NCBI GenBank assembly: GCA_016875435.1
Contig: VGRE01000001.1
Location: forward strand, 1 to 57,545
Reading direction: 5' to 3'
DNA length: 57,545 bases
Source of the DNA: Deltaproteobacteria bacterium
GTDB taxonomy: Bacteria; Myxococcota_A; UBA796; SXON01
Under the pieces are notes generated by a model that ran no database searches, was not told the origin of the DNA, and worked only from the letters and a program-made list of their open reading frames with translations. Positions 53,666 to 57,545 of this stretch are shown one piece after another. Numbering within the stretch: the stretch's first letter is position 1; each line of letters opens with the position of its first letter. Made by a program: the position numbers and the translations under genes.

Positions 53666-54925
53666 ATGCGCGCCTTCCCCGCCCTGTTGCTGCTGGCCTG
53701 CTCCGACTACGAGTTTGCCGGTAATGCCGAGCCGCAGAAGCTCCCCGCCCCCGACATCGAGGTGACGCCGGCGTCGCTGAACTTCGCCACGGTGGGTGTA
53801 GGTTGCGACGCCGAGAAGCCGTTGACGATCACCAACGTCGGCGAGGCCCCTCTCACCATCGACGGCAGCGCTATCGAGGGCGACCCGGGTTTCGAGGCCG
53901 AACTCGTCGTGACCACGCTCGATCCTGGCGAGTCGGTGGTGATGGCGGTGCGCTTCGTGCCGGAAGACGCCACGCCGGGCCGCGCGAAGGTGGTGGTCAC
54001 CTCCGACGATCCCGACGAGCACGTGTCCGAGGTGCCGGCCGTAGGCACCGGCGAGTTCGCGGGCCTGGCCACCGACAGCTTCGTGCAGGAGGTCGATCCG
54101 GTCGACGTGCTCTGGGTGATCGACAACAGCTCCTCGATGGGGACCGAGCAGGCCCGCGTGATGGCGGAGATCAGCGCTTTCTTCTCGTGGTTCGACACCC
54201 TGCGACTCGACTACCACATGGGGGTCATCGCCACCGACGTGGTGTCGCCGCAGTTCGCGGGCCAGCTCGTCGGGAGCCCCACCTACCTTGAAAAAACCAC
54301 GCCCGACGCTGAGACCCGCCTCGCGGAGCGCATCAACCTCGGCACCGACGACATGGGCGACGAGTCGGGCCTGCTCGCGGTTGAGATGGCGCTCACCGAT
54401 CCGCTGCTCAACGGCTACAACGCGGGTTTCCTGCGGCCGGACGCTCGCCTCGCGGTGATCTTCCTCTCCGACGAGCCCGAGCAGTCCGCCTACGACGCCC
54501 AGCACTACATCGACTTCCTAAAGACGCTGAAGTCCGACCCCTCGCGGGTGCTGGTGGCCTCGATCGTCGGCGACTACACCAACGGCTGCGCCAATACCTG
54601 CGACGACGTGGAGCAGCGGGCGGGCGCCGGTGACAAGTACATCGACGTCACCACCGCATACGACGGCGTGTTCGGCTCGATCTGCACCTGCGACCTGTCG
54701 CCCACGCTCGACGAGATCGGCATGAAGAGCACGCTGTTCTCACGATCCTTCGCCCTGTCGCAAGTGCCCAGCGACAGCACCGAGATTCGCGTCTGGATCG
54801 ACGGCGAGGAGACCAGCGCCTTCGTCTACGACGCCGAGAACAACGCCGTGGTGTTCGACGGCGCGCCCCTCAATGGCTCGCAGATCGACCTCGAGTACCC
54901 GGTCGACGACGGCTGCGACGACTAG
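53666..54925 (+). CDS. lipoprotein with Ig-like (choice-of-anchor-D/ASH-type) domain and vWA-like domain
   Basis: Lipobox LLLLAC. ASLNFATVGVGCDAEKPLTITNVGEAPLTI is the beta-sandwich motif. VLWVIDNSSSMG is MIDAS-like. Confidence 0.7.
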   Translation: MRAFPALLLLACSDYEFAGNAEPQKLPAPDIEVTPASLNFATVGVGCDAEKPLTITNVGEAPLTIDGSAIEGDPGFEAELVVTTLDPGESVVMAVRFVPEDATPGRAKVVVTSDDPDEHVSEVPAVGTGEFAGLATDSFVQEVDPVDVLWVIDNSSSMGTEQARVMAEISAFFSWFDTLRLDYHMGVIATDVVSPQFAGQLVGSPTYLEKTTPDAETRLAERINLGTDDMGDESGLLAVEMALTDPLLNGYNAGFLRPDARLAVIFLSDEPEQSAYDAQHYIDFLKTLKSDPSRVLVASIVGDYTNGCANTCDDVEQRAGAGDKYIDVTTAYDGVFGSICTCDLSPTLDEIGMKSTLFSRSFALSQVPSDSTEIRVWIDGEETSAFVYDAENNAVVFDGAPLNGSQIDLEYPVDDGCDD

Positions 54926-54932
54926 GCGCGCC

Positions 54933-56507
54933 TCACCAGGGCGCGATCTCGTAGAGCACGCCGCCCCGTGACACGGTAGTGTCGCGCCAGGACGCCACCG
55001 CGTAGAAATAGCCGTCGCGACAGCCCACGGCCGTCCCGAGGTACTGGTCGGCCTCGCTGGCGTAGATGTCGGCGTCCGCGTCGGCGCGTCCCAGGGCGCC
55101 GGGCGGGAGATCGAGAAAGATCCAGGCGCTGCCGCCGCCGCTGGCGGTGCTGTTGTCGGTGTAGTTGCCCACGAGCAGGTCGACGTTGCCGTCGGCGTCG
55201 AGGTCACCGCTCACCAGGCTCGCGCCCACCTCGATGCCAGCCTCGTAGATCTCGGTGGTGGCGTCGGTCCAGGCGTAGGTGCCGGGGCCCGGGTCGGCGA
55301 AGACCACCACGCCACCGTAGCGGTAGGCGGCGAGCGCCACGTCGGGCAAGCCCGAGCGGTCGAGGTCGGCGGGACGGGCCACGCCGCGGCTATTGGTGCC
55401 AAACCAGGCGGCGGCCGATGCGGGGCCGGTGAAGGTCCATGTCGCGCTGCCGAGCCCGGCGGCGCCGCCCGGCAGGCCGTACACCGCGCCCCCGTCGGCG
55501 GCGGCGTCGTCGACCCCGGACGCGCCGACGAGGAGGTCGTCGTAGCCGTCGCCGTCGATGTCGCCGCCCACCACGGTGGCACCGAAGTCGTCGCCCGCGG
55601 CGAGCCCGGTGAAGAGCGTGCCGTCGCTCGCGGAGAGAGAGCCCACGGCGCCGGCGAAGATCCCCACCAGGCCGGCGTCAACCTCGGCGGCGCCCACGGC
55701 CAGTTCGTCCACGCCGTCGCCGTCGAGGTCGGCGGCGTCGAGCGCCTCGCCCCACTCCGCCGTGGCCCACTCCCCGGTGACGGCGATGGCCGCGTCGGCC
55801 GGGGCGAGGCTCCCCGCCACCGGCCCGGCGAAGACGTAGGCCACGCCCACGTTGCCGGCGCTCCGGTCGCCCACCAGCAGGTCGGGCTGGCCATCGCCGG
55901 TGGCGTCGCGCATGCCGAGCGGGACGAAGCCGAGCTCGCTCTCGCCGTTGACCACTGCCACCGCGTCGGCCTCGGCGTCGCCGGTCCAGGCGCTGGAGGC
56001 GGGGAGCACGAAGGCGGCGCCCGGGCCGTGGAAGGGCGAGCCGATGACCGTGTCGTCGAGCCCGTCGCCGGTGATGTCGCCGAGGAGGCTGAGGTTGTCG
56101 ATGGAGCCCATGCGCCCGTCGGCGGTCGCGCCCCCTTCCTCCGCCACGAACACGTCGCGCACGTCGACGTCACCGCTGTATGCGGGCTCCGGCCCGGGCT
56201 CGGCGCTGTCGGCGCTGTCGGCCGAATCCGCGCTGTCGGCAGCCGATCCGCTGTCGATTCCGCTGTCGATTCCGCTGTCGACCCCGCTGTCGACCCCGCT
56301 GTCGACCCCGCTGTCGACCCCGCTGTCGACCCCGCTGTCGACCTCGCTGTCGACCCCGCTGTCGACCCCGCTGTCGACCCCGCTGTCGATTGCACTGTCG
56401 CCGTCGCCGTCGCTGTCGCTGGTGACTGTCCCGTCCTTGCCCGGGTCGTCGACGCTCTCGCCGGGGTCTTCGCCTACGCAAGCGTAGAACATCGCGGTCA
56501 GGATCAC
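54933..56507 (-). CDS. FG-GAP/VCBS repeat protein with N-terminal (DSGV)n low-complexity tract
   Basis: Repeated GDxxGDGxxDLxVG units (GDITGDGLDD, DATGDGQPDLLVG, DLDGDGVDELAVG, DIDGDGYDDLLVG, DLDADGNVDLLVG). Confidence 0.8.
   Translation of the reverse strand: MILTAMFYACVGEDPGESVDDPGKDGTVTSDSDGDGDSAIDSGVDSGVDSGVDSEVDSGVDSGVDSGVDSGVDSGVDSGIDSGIDSGSAADSADSADSADSAEPGPEPAYSGDVDVRDVFVAEEGGATADGRMGSIDNLSLLGDITGDGLDDTVIGSPFHGPGAAFVLPASSAWTGDAEADAVAVVNGESELGFVPLGMRDATGDGQPDLLVGDRSAGNVGVAYVFAGPVAGSLAPADAAIAVTGEWATAEWGEALDAADLDGDGVDELAVGAAEVDAGLVGIFAGAVGSLSASDGTLFTGLAAGDDFGATVVGGDIDGDGYDDLLVGASGVDDAAADGGAVYGLPGGAAGLGSATWTFTGPASAAAWFGTNSRGVARPADLDRSGLPDVALAAYRYGGVVVFADPGPGTYAWTDATTEIYEAGIEVGASLVSGDLDADGNVDLLVGNYTDNSTASGGGSAWIFLDLPPGALGRADADADIYASEADQYLGTAVGCRDGYFYAVASWRDTTVSRGGVLYEIAPW
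56201..56400. repeat. coding tandem repeats: 9-nt (GGCGCTGTC) and 12-nt (CCGCTGTCGACC) units
   Basis: About 13 consecutive 12-nt units encode (DSGV)n and a few 9-nt units encode (ADS)n in the FG-GAP gene. All are read directly from the sequence. Confidence 0.85.
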
Positions 56508-56530
56508 GGGGCCTCGGGGACGCTCCGCGT

Positions 56531-56872
56531 CTAGTAGCTGCTCATTCCCCCGACGTCGGCCACTGTCGTGAAGCCAAGGCGCCTGAGGGTCGAGGCCGCC
56601 GAGGCAGATCGCATGCCGCTGGCGCAGTAGACGACCACCGGGCGGTCACTCGGGCCGATCTCCCCGGCGCGGCGCTCGATCTGGTCGACGGGGATGTTCA
56701 CCGCGCCGTCGACGTGGCCGGCGGCAAACTCCGCCGGGGTCCGGACGTCGACCAGGGCGCCGCCCGCTGCCACCAGGGCTCGGGCGTCGGTCGAGGAGGT
56801 TTTTCCTGCGAAACGCGAGTACAGCATGAAGCTAACCATGGCGACAAGGACGACCCAGAAGAGGACTTTCAC
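56531..56872 (-). CDS. membrane-anchored rhodanese-domain sulfurtransferase
   Basis: GTG at 56872 overlaps the arsR-family stop (GTGA). N-terminal TM VLFWVVLVAMVSFML. The rhodanese core is LVDVRTPAEFAAGHVDGAVNIP ... VVYCASGMRS, which carries the active-site Cys loop. Confidence 0.8.
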   Translation of the reverse strand: MKVLFWVVLVAMVSFMLYSRFAGKTSSTDARALVAAGGALVDVRTPAEFAAGHVDGAVNIPVDQIERRAGEIGPSDRPVVVYCASGMRSASAASTLRRLGFTTVADVGGMSSY

Positions 56873-57180
56873 GAGGGACTCCGGAACTGCTGTTCGACGA
56901 GGCTGACCAGCGCGGCGGCGGCGGGGTGCACCACGCGGTAAACGCGTTGCCGCCCGTCGGTGGTGGACTCGATGACGCCGGCCTCGCGCAGCACCGCGAG
57001 GTGACGGCTCACGAAGGGCTGCGGCAGGTCGAGGCACTCCGCCATCGGGCCCACGCAGCAATCGCCGCCCAGCAGGCCGGCCACGATGCGCAGGCGCACC
57101 GGGTGGGCCAGGGCGGCAAACACCGCCGCTGCGGCGTCGAGTTGACCGGGGTCCAGTCGATCGGCGGCCTCGCTTCTCAT
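56869..57180 (-). CDS. ArsR/SmtB family transcriptional regulator
   Basis: FAALAHPVRLRIVAGLL ... CCVGPMAECLDLPQPFVSRHLAVLREAGVI is the winged-HTH signature, including the CC pair. Confidence 0.85.
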   Translation of the reverse strand: MRSEAADRLDPGQLDAAAAVFAALAHPVRLRIVAGLLGGDCCVGPMAECLDLPQPFVSRHLAVLREAGVIESTTDGRQRVYRVVHPAAAALVSLVEQQFRSPS

Positions 57181-57184
57181 ATCT

Positions 57185-57199
57185 CACATATAAGATGTG
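57185..57199. promoter_or_regulatory. AT-rich palindrome (candidate ArsR-family operator) in divergent intergenic region
   Basis: CACAT-ATAAG-ATGTG sits inside the only AT-rich patch (57178-57200), between the arsR-family start and the HAD gene start. Confidence 0.35.
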
Positions 57200-57230
57200 T
57201 CGGCCGGCCCGTCAAGGGCTAGGCCGCCGC

Positions 57231-57545
57231 ATGCGCCTGCGCCCGCTCTCGACGATGTCTCGCGCCGACGTGGCCCCGGTGATCGGCCTGCTCACCGACA
57301 TCGACGACACCCTCACCCTGCACGGTCGCATCGTGCCGGCCGCCTTCGACGCGATGGCACGGGCGCAGGCCGCCGGGCTCCGGGTGATCCCCGTAACCGG
57401 GCGCCCGGCCGGCTGGTGTGACCTCGTCGCGCGCCAGTGGCCCTGCGAGGGCGTGGTGGGCGAGAACGGCGGGCTCTGGTTCTTCATGGGACAGGGCAAG
57501 CTCCAGCGGCGATTTGTCCAGGACGAGGCCACCCGTGCTGCCAAC
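57231..57545 (+). CDS. HAD-superfamily hydrolase, subfamily IIB-like (3' partial)
   Basis: This is my own translation: MRLRPLSTMSRADVAPVIGLLTDIDDTLTLHGRIVPAAFDAMARAQAAGLRVIPVTGRPAGW, with the DxDxT motif I and the TGR motif II. It runs off the window end, so it is absent from the ORF track. Confidence 0.7.
   Translation, partial: MRLRPLSTMSRADVAPVIGLLTDIDDTLTLHGRIVPAAFDAMARAQAAGLRVIPVTGRPAGWCDLVARQWPCEGVVGENGGLWFFMGQGKLQRRFVQDEATRAAN

Noticed and set aside
56170-56481. ORFs encoding (RQRG)n / (RCRP)n, and the possibility that the 12-nt periodic array is a CRISPR
   Set aside because: These are the other reading frames of the (DSGV)n coding repeat. The units are contiguous 12-mers with no spacers, so this is not a CRISPR array.

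Overview
Very GC-rich (about 70% by eye) bacterial chromosomal segment. The many Ser/Thr kinases, FG-GAP and vWA lipoproteins, Pro/Ala-rich linkers and frequent ATGA/GTGA start-stop overlaps suggest a Myxococcota-like organism; this is inference only. I support about 55 genes. Housekeeping genes are dprA (5' partial), rfbB plus an RmlA-like gene, a rearranged pstA-pstB-pstB-pstS-pstC-phoU operon, tRNA-Met(CAT), clpX, lon, a DnaJ-like gene, a FliA-type sigma factor, two M23 peptidases and several kinases. They are interspersed with accessory cassettes. The most interesting items are: (1) an operon at 17.3-22.6 kb encoding a fusion protein with two radical-SAM cores (a B12-binding-type core plus a second core), a paralogous stand-alone radical-SAM protein and a flavin-halogenase-like enzyme, with no obvious precursor peptide. 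(2) A nearby divergent cassette at 24.3-28.3 kb with a fourth radical-SAM core, an Asp/Asn beta-hydroxylase-family cupin, a frameshifted tandem APH-type kinase and a membrane protein. (3) A BCP-type peroxiredoxin split in the ORF track by an in-frame TGA exactly at the peroxidatic Cys position, followed by a SECIS-like hairpin, so it is a candidate selenoprotein. (4) A RiPP-like trio at 51.3-53.5 kb: a squalene/phytoene-synthase-like protein, a 77-aa NHLP/Nif11-style peptide and a PqqD(RRE)-M50 protease fusion. (5) A CxxCH lipoprotein coupled to a di-heme-motif/beta-barrel fusion. (6) A roughly 125-nt intergenic repeat present twice. All family calls come from motif recognition by eye; no HMM or BLAST search was possible. 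Most long ORFs in the track are antisense or out-of-frame shadows typical of high-GC DNA.
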